DNA of 63,988 nucleotides, filler included, from Sluysia triapertura (GCA_046118255.1; 4 parts of 4 records of this genome joined end to end with filler, not necessarily neighbours in it), one strand, 5' to 3'. Positions 1-13,490 are shown, counted from the first letter of the whole stretch. Numbers and translations: made by a program. Notes: generated from the letters alone by a model not told the origin.

Positions 1-149
1 AACAATAAAATTATATTATCTGAAGTAGTTTCATTGATGATAAACTTATGAAAATGAATCACTATTTGTACAATTAAATATTAATTATAATAATGAACAA
101 GAATATTCCAAGAAGGCACTTGCTGATTTTTCATCTTTTAAAGTGTGAT

Positions 150-760
150 TAAATAATTCGATTTTATCATTAAACTGGGTAAATATTAATAATGTTTATT
201 CGAATATTGATCAATTACAAGATTAGAAGATGGTGTATTTAGAGAAGAAATCATTTTTAGATACGGTTCACCAAAGAAATTAACCCTAGAAGGACCAAGT
301 GCGTCAAGTGAAGCAAATGACATATTTGAGTAATGCCATCACGGAGTGTATATGGGTAAATTATGAAAAAAATACTATGATGTCATAACCTTAATCCCAA
401 CACACTTCTGAAAGTATCAGCCAATTTGCAAGTATTTGAGCACGTGGGTCTTCTAAGTATTAAAAGTTCTGGCCCTTTCAATGTTAAGAGATGAAGGATC
501 AATTTTATAGGAAGTACGATTTACACTAAGTAAGTAAATCCTAGGTTTATAAAATATTGTAAGCAATGGGTACCAAAGATCTTGACGCTTTCGATGTTAC
601 TTCATAATGTTTCACTTGAAGATAATTAGAAAAGAAAATTTTAATAAAATATTTAGTAAACAATGAATGCATAACTAATGATTTTTGTGCCCAACATTAT
701 TGATTCATATTTAACCAAATTTAAAATACTCCTGATTATGCATGCTAATCATTCATTCGT
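150..760 (+). mobile_element. Highly degraded Ty3/Gypsy integrase remnant
   Basis: Fragment EEIIFRYGSPKKL (about 244-285) resembles the integrase 'I.RYG.P' motif. The nucleotide run gaagaaatcatttttagat also occurs on the opposite strand in the clearer integrase remnant near 4065-4085. Many stops. Confidence 0.45.
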
Positions 761-1619
761 AAAATGTTTTCACTACGAAATTATTTTGAAGAATTTGATG
801 ATGCAAGTGTTTAAATAAAAGGTATAGATATTTACGAATACATAACAAGTTTTAGAATCTTAAAACACAATGTTAATTATATTTTGGAAAAATCTATTAA
901 TCAAGGACTTGCAAAAGTGGTTAAGGCGATATTATTTTGTTTTAAATAATGGAACCTCCAACAGTCTAAAATCAAGCCGACTTCAAATCTCATAAACAAA
1001 AAATTAGTAAAAAATAAAAATGAAAAATAAAATTAAGAAAGAAATAAAATAAAGAATAGATAAAATAAAGATGTAATTTTATAATTTTTTATAAAGAGAT
1101 AAAAATAATTTAAATTTTATAAATTTTGAACTTAAAATATTTTATATCAGTATATCTAGATTTATAAAAATTGTCATTAATTATATACATTAGAAGATTT
1201 TTATATCTTATTTTGATGTATTTCATCGGAATCATTAGACGAGTTGTTTCTTAAAGTGTAGAAATTATTTTTTTTGTATTTTTTTACTTCTATTTTTATG
1301 AACAATTATAGATTCATATTTATTCTTTTTATATAATTATATTTATATATTCGGCAGAGTGACGTCATCTACAATGAATGTACTATCATAAGGTTTGGGA
1401 AATGTATTACTTAAACCCTTTCATGTAAATGGGTATGTAATAATGTGAAATCACTGTAAAGATATTATTACGATTATTATATTTTTACATTTAGTGACTT
1501 TACCAAAATCATCATAATACATGAAATACAAAATTGTATACGTAACTTTATTGATATTAACTGATTTTAAATAAGGCAAACTAATAAAAGAAAAATTAAT
1601 TTTATCAATTTTATGTTTT

Positions 1620-2107
1620 ATTACATCAAAAATATATATTGAATCCAATTTTTTCAGTGTATGCCTTCTGACCATGTTTAAGATTTCAACACCTGAAATA
1701 AAATTATAGATAATAAAGTTTTGTTAGAAAATCTGTAATTTTTTTACTTCGCTTGTCTCATCATCGTGGTTTTGGCATAGTTGTTTGTTCTTCAGTACGA
1801 TTTGCGCATTAATTGATTGGGTGTTGAGCGAGAGTAGCAGTTGTTCCAATCTGGTGTTGTGTGACGTTGCCGAATCGTCATAAGATATTGAATCTTCGAG
1901 TTGTTCGATATTGTCAGCAAGACTACAAGTAATTCCATGTTTTAAACACAATCCATTGAGGTCGGCTTTGTAAGTACACATCATAATATAAAAATAGTTT
2001 TGTTGAGGTAAATTATGAAACTGTTGATTAACAGTTCTGCTATTATATGCTTATGCATGTCTGCCTTCTTTTTAAGATCATAAAATAGTTTTAATGCTGT
2101 AGCTCTG
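1620..2107 (-). pseudogene. Unidentified coding-like fragment with splice-acceptor-like sites and a frameshift
   Basis: ORF 1724..1984 has protein-like composition. An upstream frame reads RATALKLFYDLKKKADMHKH. Acceptor-like aaacag (about 2106) and tttcag (about 1695) on the minus strand. Family not recognised. Confidence 0.3.
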
Positions 2108-2299
2108 TTTAAATTAAACACGTAATAATAATGAACCTTTATTATATTTTAAGAAGAAATACCAATTTATTCTAAAAAAGGATTTTTTAAAATATGCAGA
2201 ATTTTTTTTCTTTTTGATTAAATTGTTAACTGAGACAAAAATTTTGTAACACACGATGAATTTCAAAACACGCATGTTATGAATTTTATTTTATTTCTT

Positions 2300-2545
2300 T
2301 TATTGGTTGTCCATTTAATTTTTAGTAATGTAATTTTAGAACAATTAATTTTAGAACAATGTAATCAGAAATGTGTTTTGATTGGTTGTCCAACCAGGAA
2401 TATATAAAATTAATGCAGAATTCATTTTTATTGGACAACCAGTAATAGCGTCATACAAATTGTTTGATAAAGAAGCCGCTATCAGTGGTGACAGTAATTA
2501 AAATGTAGTTTGATGAAGTTGCCACTGATAGTGGTAGTTACTGAA
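2300..2545. promoter_or_regulatory. CCAAT/TGACG/hairpin module at the end of a PLE remnant (candidate pseudo-LTR)
   Basis: ATTGGTTGTCC at about 2302 and 2381, ATTGGACAACC at about 2430, GCGTCA at about 2448, and an 18-nt imperfect inverted repeat (2475-2492 / 2518-2535). Same layout as 13286-13490. Confidence 0.45.
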
Positions 2546-2879
2546 TTGATAGCTTTGCGAAATTAATTGGAAATAAAAATAATAAAAATTAGATGGTGAT
2601 ATTAATAATAATAACAAATTATTATTATTATTATTTTATTATTATTATTATCCTATAAACACAAAGTCTTTATCTTGTAATAGCTAAGACGATCTTTCTT
2701 TTACAATCTTAATTTTCTGAACATGCTAAAAATCAAAGAAAATTAACTATGACTGTAATAATAATAACAACAATGGCATTGTCATTATTATTATTATAAA
2801 TGAATGAAGTGTTGATATTACTTAAAACATGATCTTTCTTTAAATACTTTTTGATTTCTTGACATACTTAAATTTATTT

Positions 2880-3530
2880 AAAACTGAAGATCATTAAGTG
2901 AAATTTGGTTTGAGTTGGTTTTAAATATATAATTGATGTTTCAAGATGCGATTGTAGTTCTAATGCTATGCAGTAATGTGTAGAACGTTTAAATGAATTT
3001 TTTAAATGCCGATTAATGTTCTGGCTGAAGATAATGTTTGGATATTAGGAGATTGTGACCATAAGATACATTGAGAAGAGTGTGGTTTAGTGAATGTGAA
3101 AAATATAAATTATAGTCTAACTTTTAGTATGTTCAAAAGGTGATTGTGATTTATTCCCTTGTTATTTTTAAGTGATATTGTCTCTTGTGCTGTAAGGGAT
3201 TAAATTATAACGAATGATGAATTTAAAATGTTTGAATTGATTCGAAGGTGTCGGATAGATAATTTCGAATGTGGTTATAGTTTGATTATTTTGAATGTCG
3301 AGTAAAATATTTTTGATGAATCAGTTAATGTAAATTGATGGTACTGGATTTCGTTGTGGTTTATATGTTATGAGATTGTGGATATGAATTGACTTTAGTG
3401 GATGAATTGTTTTAGTGAATGTAGAGGAGATAAATATGAGAATGTTAAAATGTTAAAGATTATGGTTTTATGTACAATGTGTTGATTTAGTTTAATATTG
3501 TTTTATGTTAATTTTTGAATGTGCATTGTA
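2880..3530 (-). mobile_element. Penelope-like element remnant (RT thumb plus GIY-YIG C-terminus)
   Basis: Minus-strand fragments HKTIIFNILTFSYLSPLHSLKQFIH*SQFISTIS (PLE RT thumb-like), SARTL, LNVLH and HLETSIIYLKP (PLE GIY-YIG-like). Heavily decayed. Confidence 0.5.
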
Positions 3531-3819
3531 GATTTTGATTGTGTATTTGATTTTGTTATATTATGAAGGAAAGATTTTTATAAAATTTAATAATAGTGAA
3601 AGGTTGACCACCATAATCACCCTTTCAAAACTCTCTTGGACTGACTTTATTATCATAATATTGCTTACAAGATACCTGATAGAACTTTACTTTAGTTTAA
3701 CGTTGTTCCATGTTTTGTTCAATCTTTCCTTCATTATTTAAAGATAAATTTCTTCTCTCTAAGTATTTTCTTATATCTGCTATCATAATTAAACCCATAA
3801 GTAATGTACTTTATCGATG

Positions 3820-4210
3820 ACACATTAAATGAAACCACATTTCTATCGTAATTTCTTAAACTATATTGCAATATGCAAATAAACAAGGTGCAATAAACCC
3901 TCGTCCCGATAATTCTGATGATAGTTAGGATACGCAGTTAACATTTATATTAAATCTTTCAACCAAATCATTGCTTTCTGAATGATAAGCCGATTTTGTT
4001 ATTTTATTAATGCGAAAAGAATTGCATACTTCTACATTATTTCATAATGCAATTAATAACTTGATCTAAAAATGATTTCTTCTATAAAATTATTTTCTGT
4101 CCTAGTGACTTTAGGTCTTGAATTGTTTTTTCAGGCCATTTTGTAAAATAATCCAAAAATACTAAAATATATTTATTTCCTTTTACAGTTTTAGGCATCA
4201 TCCACAGCTG
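3820..4210 (-). mobile_element. Ty3/Gypsy integrase core (rve) remnant
   Basis: Minus strand: MPKTVKGNKYILVFLDYFTKWPE ... FIEEIIFR ... EVCNSFRINKITKSAYHSESNDLVERFN ... APCLFAY. These are typical Gypsy integrase motifs, with frameshifts. Confidence 0.8.
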
Positions 4211-5309
4211 AAAATAAATATTTTTAAAGTGATTTAAGGATTATAAAAGATTTCAAAATGATTGTAGAATGTTATAATGGTATTTTAAATGATTTTAGAT
4301 GGTGATGATGATAAACTAATGTCATAAATTAGGAAACGACTGTTTACGAATTAACAAACTGCAAGATCTCGACCTACTAATTTCTTAAGTATATCATACT
4401 TTGTTCCTCATCTTCTTTGTAAACATAAAACATGTATTAGGTCATAACCACAATAAGCACACTTTTTATCACAAGAAAACAATTTATGCAACTATACTTT
4501 AAACATCTGATTACTAAAGTGCACCAAGAACTCATTTCAAAACTTTCATCGATAAAGAAATAATTATTCGCGCATTTAAAATATTTTGAAAAATAAGAAG
4601 TCTAAAATAATTACCAAAGATGATCTATTCTTTTTGACTAAGATAATGATGGGGATACTGAAAAATAAAAGTAAAAAATCAAAACACACGAAATACCAAA
4701 ATTTAAACAATAATAATAATAAAAAGCAGACTTGTTTCTAAAATTTTTAATAATTTCTAAAATGTAGATATTTTATTTAATTAATTTAATAATATTAAAA
4801 TTAGTATTAAAAATTTTATATCTTTTTGAAGAATTGAAGTTGACAATGTTCAGAAAAAAAAAGTAAAGATTTACGAAATTAAATGATACAGAATATAATT
4901 TGTAAGCAACTGCATGTTTTTTAAAACATCTGAAGACAACTGCAATTATTCAAAGGAGTTATCGATTGTTTATCACAACAAGCTTGCCAGTCATCTCAAT
5001 TTTTGTCCTTGATTTCTAGATTTTTTACTTCACTACTTATCGTAACTCTTTAAAGTTCTTACTATCTTTAAACATGCATTACAATCAAATTAGAATGCAA
5101 CTACAAACCCGGATATCTAGTTTTATAAAATAAAATAATAAACATGACATCACAATAATTTAATTAATTATTATTTCCCATTACTTCTAAATGTTATTTT
5201 TAATATTATTTATAAAATTAAATAAGTTGTAAATACTAAAATCAAACTTTATTGAGCCTTCTTTGAAAATAGTTGTCATACAATCCTTCATAATAATTAG
5301 AACTAGCTG

Positions 5310-5715
5310 CAGAGAGTAAGGTTCTGATCATGCATACTAACACAAATGTTTATATAATGAATCACGAGATTAATCATACATTGTGTTCATGAGGGTTTCT
5401 ATTATTATTCTCTATATTATTGAAAGTTTACCAATTATTTATTGATTTTACAATCGAACCATTCAGACACATCCAGTTAGATTTACTGTTATATCTTTCA
5501 AACATTAAATCACTTACACCAGTTCAATAACTATTTTTAAATCCAAGTTTATTGAATTGATCTGTATACACCAAAGAACCTTTATTTTCGGCACAGTCTT
5601 TCAGTTTAATTATCAAATTGCGAACATTATTCAATAAAGTATACGGACTTGGACAAGCTTGTGTAATCGGTAATTCTAATAAAATTAGAATTATTTTTAT
5701 TATAAAAATCAGCAT
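5310..5715 (-). pseudogene. C-type lectin domain pseudogene (secreted)
   Basis: Signal-peptide-like MLIFIIKIILILLE, then ACPSPYTL, C-AENKGSLV, SY*TGVSDL (YWTGLSD-like, TGA at the Trp position), WMCLNGS, NNW* and NPHEHNV, in canonical CTLD order. Confidence 0.55.
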
Positions 5716-7001
5716 AGTATTAATTTAATTTGTTTAAATTTATATAATAAATTTCCATTACCATCATGTGTATCTTTTATATATTTTAATACTTTGAATT
5801 ATTGCATTGCGATGATATACCAATTTTATAAAATAAAAAATTAATAGAAAATGGATATACATATAGATCTATCTCCACAATTTTTGTTATTGAAATTTGA
5901 ACAATTAAATTTAATGTATTAATCAATTAATGTAATTGAAAAAATGTACAATGGAATGTTTTATCAAGATGAATCTAATAGTTCTGGCACTAACAAAATA
6001 AATAGTATTAATATTATTGTCTGTTATGTTTGCTTTCATGGAAATTTTGAAAATAATTTAAAAAACATTAATAAAATAAAACTAAAATATGTTAGTAATA
6101 TCTGTAGCTTTAAAATAAAAGCTGAATATTTCTTAAATGCTTCTTTTGATAAATATACAATACTTTCTATTACAAAAACATCATATATTCGAAGAAAATG
6201 AAGTGTATTGAAAAAATAGAAATTAACAAAAACAGAACAATATAAACAATAATAAATTATAATAATGACAAAATGTGATGACCTGGAAAAACATGAATAA
6301 AAATTTTATCGTTATTTTTATATTAATAATGTCTCATTAACAAATAAATAATATGTAAATAATTTTTTGATTGAATTTAAATATTTTATTTTAAATTTAC
6401 ATATCACATAAATAATCTTTTATTTCGAATTTAATTATCAATTTTAAAACAATGCTATTAGAATTTTATATCACGGTTTCGTAAGCAAATGTGAAACAAA
6501 ACAATCATTTGCCCATAGACACTGTTATGATTCAGTCACTCCAGTAGTCATGAAGTAATAAATAATAATTATTATAATAATATTCTGATAATCTATAAAT
6601 ATATTATATATCGTTGGTAAAATTTTTTAATTCCATTTAATTATGTGTTATCCCGCTTTAATTGTAAGTTTACAATAGTTGTTAAATACATTTCTGTGAA
6701 TTAAAAGAATCTTTCATTTTTCCAATAACAGAGACAAATTAAAAGAACTCACTTTTAATTGTGTGTGTAGTATGTGTTCAAATTCTTAATATTAATATAA
6801 AAATATTTATTTGAATTAACATTATTTACGATTTCATGATGCTTAAGGCGCCTTATTAGAACCCTAATTTCAAAATTATTGGAAGTATATATCAAAAAAT
6901 AAAAGTTCTGTTTGAAACATTTGATGATACTAATTTTAACTAAAAGGCTTTTAAAATTTTGCTTCATATTCAGAGTCAATTTCATAATAATTAATACGAA
7001 A

Positions 7002-7070
<69 letters not shown>
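7002..7070 (+). repeat. (AAT)23 microsatellite
   Basis: Read directly. Confidence 0.97.
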
Positions 7071-10000
7071 TATAATTCACTTATTGAAAACTTAAAATTT
7101 ATGACGACAAATTAAGTGTTATCAATAGTACACTTCCACAACTTATAAATTATAAAAACTGTCGATTACTTTAAATAATAATGTATGGAAAGTGATATAT
7201 GATAAAACATGGTAAAAATAAATTTAAATTTAAGATTAAATTTAAAATGAAAATGTAAATTAAAAATTTTTAATCCTATACATTTCTTAAATGCGGAAAA
7301 GTATTTTTGGCCCTTATTGTTAATAGATATGTTTTATAAATAGTTTCGAAAAATAAATAAAATTTGTAATTTTACTTTACATTTTGCATTACATTGATTA
7401 AAATGGTGTGACGTTAAATAATTTTGCAAAAGATGTTTGTAATAATTTAAAATAAATAAATAAATAAATGTGTGCCTAAATAAATGATTTTATTTTAATG
7501 AGAAATGAAATATGTAAAAAATATGTACCATTTCCTTCTCACAAATCACTTATAACAAGATTAAGATTTGTGAGAACTTAGATCAAACTCTTTAAATAAT
7601 TAATGCTTTGTTAATTAATACTTTGTAAATATTGTGATAATAATTTCACATGATTAATAATGACGACACAAAAATATTAAATTTGAAGAAATAACAATTA
7701 TTAATTATTATTTAATTATTAATTATTATTTAATTATAATTTACATTTCGAAATTTTATTCTTTTACCTATTTATATTTTCAGAACATGTTTTGATTGGT
7801 TCCTTTTAAATGTTGATGCCTTATGTGAATTGTCAAATGAATTTTTATTTCAGTATTTCTGTATCTGCTTATGAAGATTATAAATAAGCCTTTCTAAATT
7901 TAATTTATTCTATTAGTTTATTTTTATTATTATTGATATCTTAATTTAAATTAAATTAATATTAAGTAGCAATATTAAAAATAAATTTTGATTGTGTTCA
8001 AATGATATCGCCATACTAAACATTGTTCTTTCATTCGTCAGCATTATTCGAAGTAGTTTTTAATTATATTTTACGACATTGTAATAACTATATATTGTTT
8101 TGATTTTGACTGAAATAGATTTAATAAAATTTTTATAATCATAATACATTAACAATTAATGTTTTAGGGTTATTTTACCAAAATTGTATCAGATTGTTTT
8201 AATTTTTTAATTTAGATAATTCGATTTAGTTTAGATAATTTAAAAATTGTTTGTTTCAAAAAGTTGCTCGTTTCTTTATCATATATAACGCAAACAGGTG
8301 CGCAGTGATCAGATTACCTTCATACGATACTTCTCATGCGTATACTGCTCGTTCAAAAACACGATGTGATTAAGTTTATTATATAATTAAAAAAAGAGTA
8401 TTTGTACAGATTTTGTCAATGAATTGCTGCTTAAAAATCTATTTTTATTCAAAATATATTTTTAATATTTTCTGTTTATCTTTTATATTTGAATTTTATT
8501 TCTATTCTTTGATGTTAATTATATTGTTAAAAAATATTTCTCATATTTGCTTACTTTATCTGTATAAAGGAGTTGTATGTGCCTAACATAAATTTTAAAT
8601 GTTTAAATTACCAGAAAATAAAAAATCATGAATATTTTTTGTTAAAAGGCGATATAAATTTTTTTTGAAGAAATAATGACAGAAAATACTGTTGCAATTA
8701 TTGCTTGGTTTTCGATAAATTAAAGAAATCAAAGAAATTATACTTTGATCAATCATTAAAGCAAGATTTTCTGAAAATTGTTCTTTTACCAAATATGCAA
8801 TAATTGAAAATAATCAATAATAAAAAAATACAATATAGGACAAAAATTAAATATTTATAAAGGATTACAACATCCAAAATTTATTATCTTTCTATTTTAA
8901 AATAAAACATTAAATGACTAATTAGAAAATGCTTTTTTCAGAACAAGAAATATCGTGTCAGAATTAACTGTGAAGTTTCGTCTTTCTTTTCATTTTAAAT
9001 AAACTTATTTTTATAAATAAACTAAGTCTATATCAAATTAAATACAAAATAAATTTTTACATTTTAACATTTACTAATTTCAACTCAGTAACTAAAATAC
9101 TATGTAAAACATATATGTAATTATCAAAGATAATAATTAATATACAATAAAAAACTATAATACTTTTTGTTTTAAGGTAATAAAATGATTATGAAATTGT
9201 ACTTCACAAAACGTGTTTCGATGAAATTTAATCATTATTGTACAAATTATTTATTGTAAAATCATTTTAAATAATCAGCGCCTTGCATTAATTGTACAAA
9301 TTTGAGGATGAGTAGAAAAAATATTGCACGAAATAAATTTTAATATTAATTAGTAAGACCAAAACGCCAAAAATAATTATATATAATAATAACACTATGT
9401 TCAGATTACGAACACAATAAGAATTTAGGACAATACACATATTACTATGATATAAATGTAGGACCATACAAATCTTTTAATATGAGTTCAGATAATCATA
9501 AAAATTATCGTACCATCAGTGTAGGAAATAATAAAATAGGTGTTCATAAAAATTATAAAATAAATCAAGAATTTGGTACAATTATGAAACGCCGGCTAAA
9601 CGTTTAATTCCCTATAATCAATTAGTTTATTAGCATACTTTTACAAGTACTATATTTTTAAGACAACCCGACGTTCAAAAAGATAGACCCACATATAGTA
9701 ATTGGAAGTATGAAGGTTAATATAGATTTTGGTAAATTTTATTAAGCTCAAATCTATCGCCACTATTAGTAATAAATTATTCTAAAAATTTTAAACGGCT
9801 CACATAAAACTAAACTTCCATCGCGTATGAAAATACCAGTATTGCGAATGTATTACCTCAAAGAACAAAACCTAGGAAACTCTTAACACAAGAACAATGA
9901 TATAAGCGAAATGTATGAATGTGAGAAAAATATAGATTGAAAAAAGCAGGACTCATATTTGAAAAATAAAAAGACGTATATAATTTAAATAAAACACCAA

Positions 10001-10508
10001 AATAATTTATTACTTATTAATTATTTTTTAGATTCTTTACTAAACATTCGAAAATGTCTTTAATCACACGGAGGGCTATTTGCGTTTTCAACATTTCGTA
10101 ATATTCACAAGTTTCGGACGAAAATGTATGCTTAAATGTATTGGTGATGACTATTTGAAAAAATATTACGTATTATTAATATTCAGGCATATATTTTTTA
10201 ATACTAGTCATTCTTTAATTATTGATTAAAATGAAACTTTGATATTCAAATATAAACTGTAAATACATGAAATTGTAACTACCATCCTGTCAATTACTTG
10301 AAGCTAAATTAGTATAAATGAAGGTAAGCCTTTATTAATTTTCATTTATTTATGCATGAAGTATCTCCATACACTGATCTTAAATTAATTGCGTGGTTCG
10401 AGCATATGAGATAGAGAAAAATGAAGAAGATTCTCAAAGAATTACTAGAAAAATTTAACAACAAAATGTAAATAAATAATTAATAAATGAATTTTATGTG
10501 TTATAAAA

Positions 10509-11030
10509 ATGGATTTAAATAATAATGCAAATTACCAAATTGTAGGCTCAAACGGTTTTGGAATTTTGTATATAATTTACTATAATGTAATAAATTTAAA
10601 AATATCTTTAATAAAATATATTGTCATCAAGTGGGTGTGAAGAAGAAGGATTAACTCAAACTGAATTTTTTAAATTAAAAGTTATTAAAGTAAAGAATAG
10701 TTTTAGCAAAAATGGGTCAAGGAGACTATAAAATCATGATGAGTTTTGTGAAGAGGTTAATGAAAGGAAAGATTTTAATAATTCAATCACTAAATAGCTA
10801 GACATAACTCAAAATCTATTTTGTCAAGGTAGTAATAATCGTACTCCAACTTTAAATGTACGTTATATAATAATATTTAAAGATTCTAGAGATCAAACTG
10901 TACATTGTTAGTTACCACGAAAAACCAAATGATTTCTAATAAATACTTTCCACAATGCAACAAAAATACCACACAAATATTTCTTTTTAGATTCTTCACA
11001 ATCACGTCTACTGATATTTTTATTCCTAAA
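10509..11030 (+). mobile_element. Polinton/Maverick (adintovirus-like) packaging ATPase, decayed
   Basis: MDLNNNANYQIVGSNGFG (eroded Walker A), then ITQNLFCQGSNNRTPTLNVRYIIIFKDSRDQ at 10804-10896 and FLINTFHNATKIPHKYFFLD. These match the Polinton ATPase pattern ITQNLF.QG...RTISLNA.Y...FKNPRD / DAT..PY.YL.ID. Confidence 0.8.
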
Positions 11031-11489
11031 GGTATAACTTATTTTAAACAATTTACTAAACAATATATCAGTTAATTATGACAAATTTTACAGTCAAACA
11101 CGTAAAACAATTAATTTCGACTGTGTTTCAATAAAATAAAAAACGTAAAATTTGAACCTAATTTACCATACTTGAAAGCATTATTGAAAGCACAAAAATC
11201 TCGTAAAATCACAATTTTAATATCATTTCTTACATTTTTAATTGATGATTTAATTATATGTTGATGCAAATAAATGTTAATAAATCTAAAAAGAAACAAA
11301 CAGTATTGAATCATATAAAAATCATTTAAAAAAGTAAATTCTAAATTCTAAGACAAGTAATTTACAAACAAAATGGTAGTTTTATTGGTGAAAATTACCA
11401 ATTGTGGTATTACTTGAAGGTGAATTAATAAGTCAATTAATAAGTCTAGTTTACCTAATTTAAATTTCAGTATAGAAACATTATTGTAA

Positions 11490-12060
11490 TGAAGGATCAA
11501 AAACCCAGTTCGTTACACCAGAGTTAAAAAGCAAGCAAGCATGTGAAAAAAACAAAGAATGGTTGAGAAATCAGTTGGTGTACTTATTTAACAAACTAAT
11601 GAGACATATTTGCAACACGTAAATACAAAATAAAAAGACCTAATGAATTATGATAAGCTGATTTGATGGAAATGCTTCCATATTCAAAAATTAATAATGG
11701 TTACAAACAAATTTAAATTGCCTTGATGTTTTTGGCATTTACAAGAACAGTATCAGTTAAAAAAGCGTGGTAAAGATGTGAATGAAGCATTATCGACATT
11801 AAATAAAACGACTAAATTTTCAAACTGATTTATATAAAGAGTTTTACAATAAAGATGTGGAAAACATTAACAAAATATGAATTTAACAAACACTCTGTTT
11901 AGTCATTACAAGGCAGCATTAGTTGAACAATTTAATTATACCATAAGAGAAAGATAAAAAATAAAGTTTACAAAACAAGATAATAAAAAATGGATTGTTT
12001 TACCTAATATAAATGATGCATGTAATCACATTAAATACCGAAGACTTGATGTCGTATATC
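11490..12060 (+). mobile_element. Polinton/Maverick retroviral-like integrase, decayed
   Basis: KEWLRNQLVY ... ADLMEMLPYSKINNGYK ... LDVF ... FQTDLYKEFYNKDV ... KAALVEQFNYTIR ... KFTKQDNKKWI. This is the Polinton c-integrase pattern (WQADL.DM, QTD.GKEFYN, KASIVERFNRT). Stops and frameshifts. Confidence 0.85.
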
Positions 12061-12599
12061 TATAAATATTAATTCAATTAACTTTATGGAAATGTGACAT
12101 CAATGTATTTTAATTTAAATTAAATATTTAAATTTATTTTTAAAGACTATAAAACTAAGATCGACATCAAATTTTTTTGAAGGCTGCGAACATTTTGCAT
12201 ACTTGATACTGATATCATTAGTTTGTTTGATCCTAAAATAAAAAACATCACAATAAGATCGTTCTGGTTGAAATTCGTGGCAAGTTTCATTTACATTTTC
12301 AATTAGTTTTCGTGTAGAATCGATATTCGAAATCTCTTCGGCCACCGAACATCAAGGTAGAATTACCTGCAAAATGTTTAATTCCATTAGTTTTCTGCAA
12401 CATCTTGTCAAATCTCTCAATAACCAGTGTTGATATGTTTGAATTGGCAAGCTCTGTTTGATTATCAACTAAATACTTTTTATCTGACTTGATTTATTTA
12501 TGGGCATGTAGTACACTCCTTTAGATGAAGTTGATTCAACGATATTTTATGATTGCCAGCTCTTTTAAATGTTTTTTTATCGTCACCCAATTAATCATA

Positions 12600-13140
12600 T
12601 TAATTGAATCTAATTGTTGAGCATTAATTTCTATAGATCTTATGATAGAATTATTGGATTGGATAACTAAATTATTCCAATTTATGACATAACCAGAAAT
12701 ACAGAGTTTCTTAACATTTACAAAGAATACGTTGCCTTTAACTGTGCCAACATAAAGCTAAGTAAGCACGGATAAGCACCTTTAACTTGCAAACTTTATA
12801 CAAGTTCCAAAGGTTTCGTCTGATAATTCCATTGGTGAATTGTTTCATCATTATACGACGTTAAAAATGAACCTTGATTGATTAAAATTATAATTTGAAT
12901 AATTTCACATTTTGAAGGTTGTTGGAAATGGTAATCAACTCCAGGTCGACCGAATATTCGACAAGTACCAATTATTAATAATGGTTCATGAGGGAAACCA
13001 TGCTGAACAATCTTTCTAAATTTAAAATGGTCTGATTTAAGAGTTTTTTCAATTTCTCATTTCTGACTTGATGATATCGAACTTATATTCCGTACTCTGG
13101 TACCATCTTTTTAGATTTTGAAGCATTGAATGATTTGAAA
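12600..13140 (-). pseudogene. STXBP5: Intronless tomosyn (syntaxin-binding protein 5, Lgl family) N-terminal pseudogene
   Basis: EIEKTLKSDHFKFRKIVQHGFPHEP-LLIIGT-CRIFGRPGVDYHFQQPSKCEIIQIIILINQGSFLTSYNDETIHQWNYQTKPLELV*SL ... LYVGTVKGNVFFVNVKKLCISGYVINWN is colinear with the tomosyn N-terminus (ETLQSEHF..TVRHGFP, LFGRPGV, LINEGAL, LYVGTERGN, SGYVIMWN). It carries stops, a frameshift and deletions. More eroded sequence may continue to about 12120. Confidence 0.85.
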
Positions 13141-13285
13141 TTTTTTTATAAATAAACAAATAAAAAGAATCTTAAGCGTATAAATTCAGTTGATTCGGTT
13201 TTTTGTAATATAAAATTAAGATTTTCAATTAATATGAATTTATAATTGTTATTTTTAGTAATCACTTTGTACCATTATTAATGTC

Positions 13286-13490
13286 GATTGGACTTCCAAT
13301 TTACTAACTGCTAACATATAATAGCGTTGATTGGACGTCCAATCAAGTACATCAAAAGTTAGACAGAAACACTGAAAGAGAAATTGTAAATGCGTCAACA
13401 CAAATGACGTAGTACTTAGTAACTGTCATCAGTCGACAGTTCATACAGTATGTTGATATGTATTAAATTAAAATTGTCGACTGATGACAA
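13286..13490. promoter_or_regulatory. CCAAT/TGACG/hairpin module at the end of a PLE remnant (candidate pseudo-LTR)
   Basis: GATTGGACTTCCAAT (about 13286), perfect palindrome GATTGGACGTCCAATC (about 13329), TGCGTCA and TGACGT (13391-13410), and a perfect 15-bp inverted repeat TGTCATCAGTCGACA (13424-13438 / 13475-13489). Confidence 0.5.

Noticed and set aside
6912-7115. Poly-Asn ORF
   Set aside because: Produced by the (AAT)n microsatellite.
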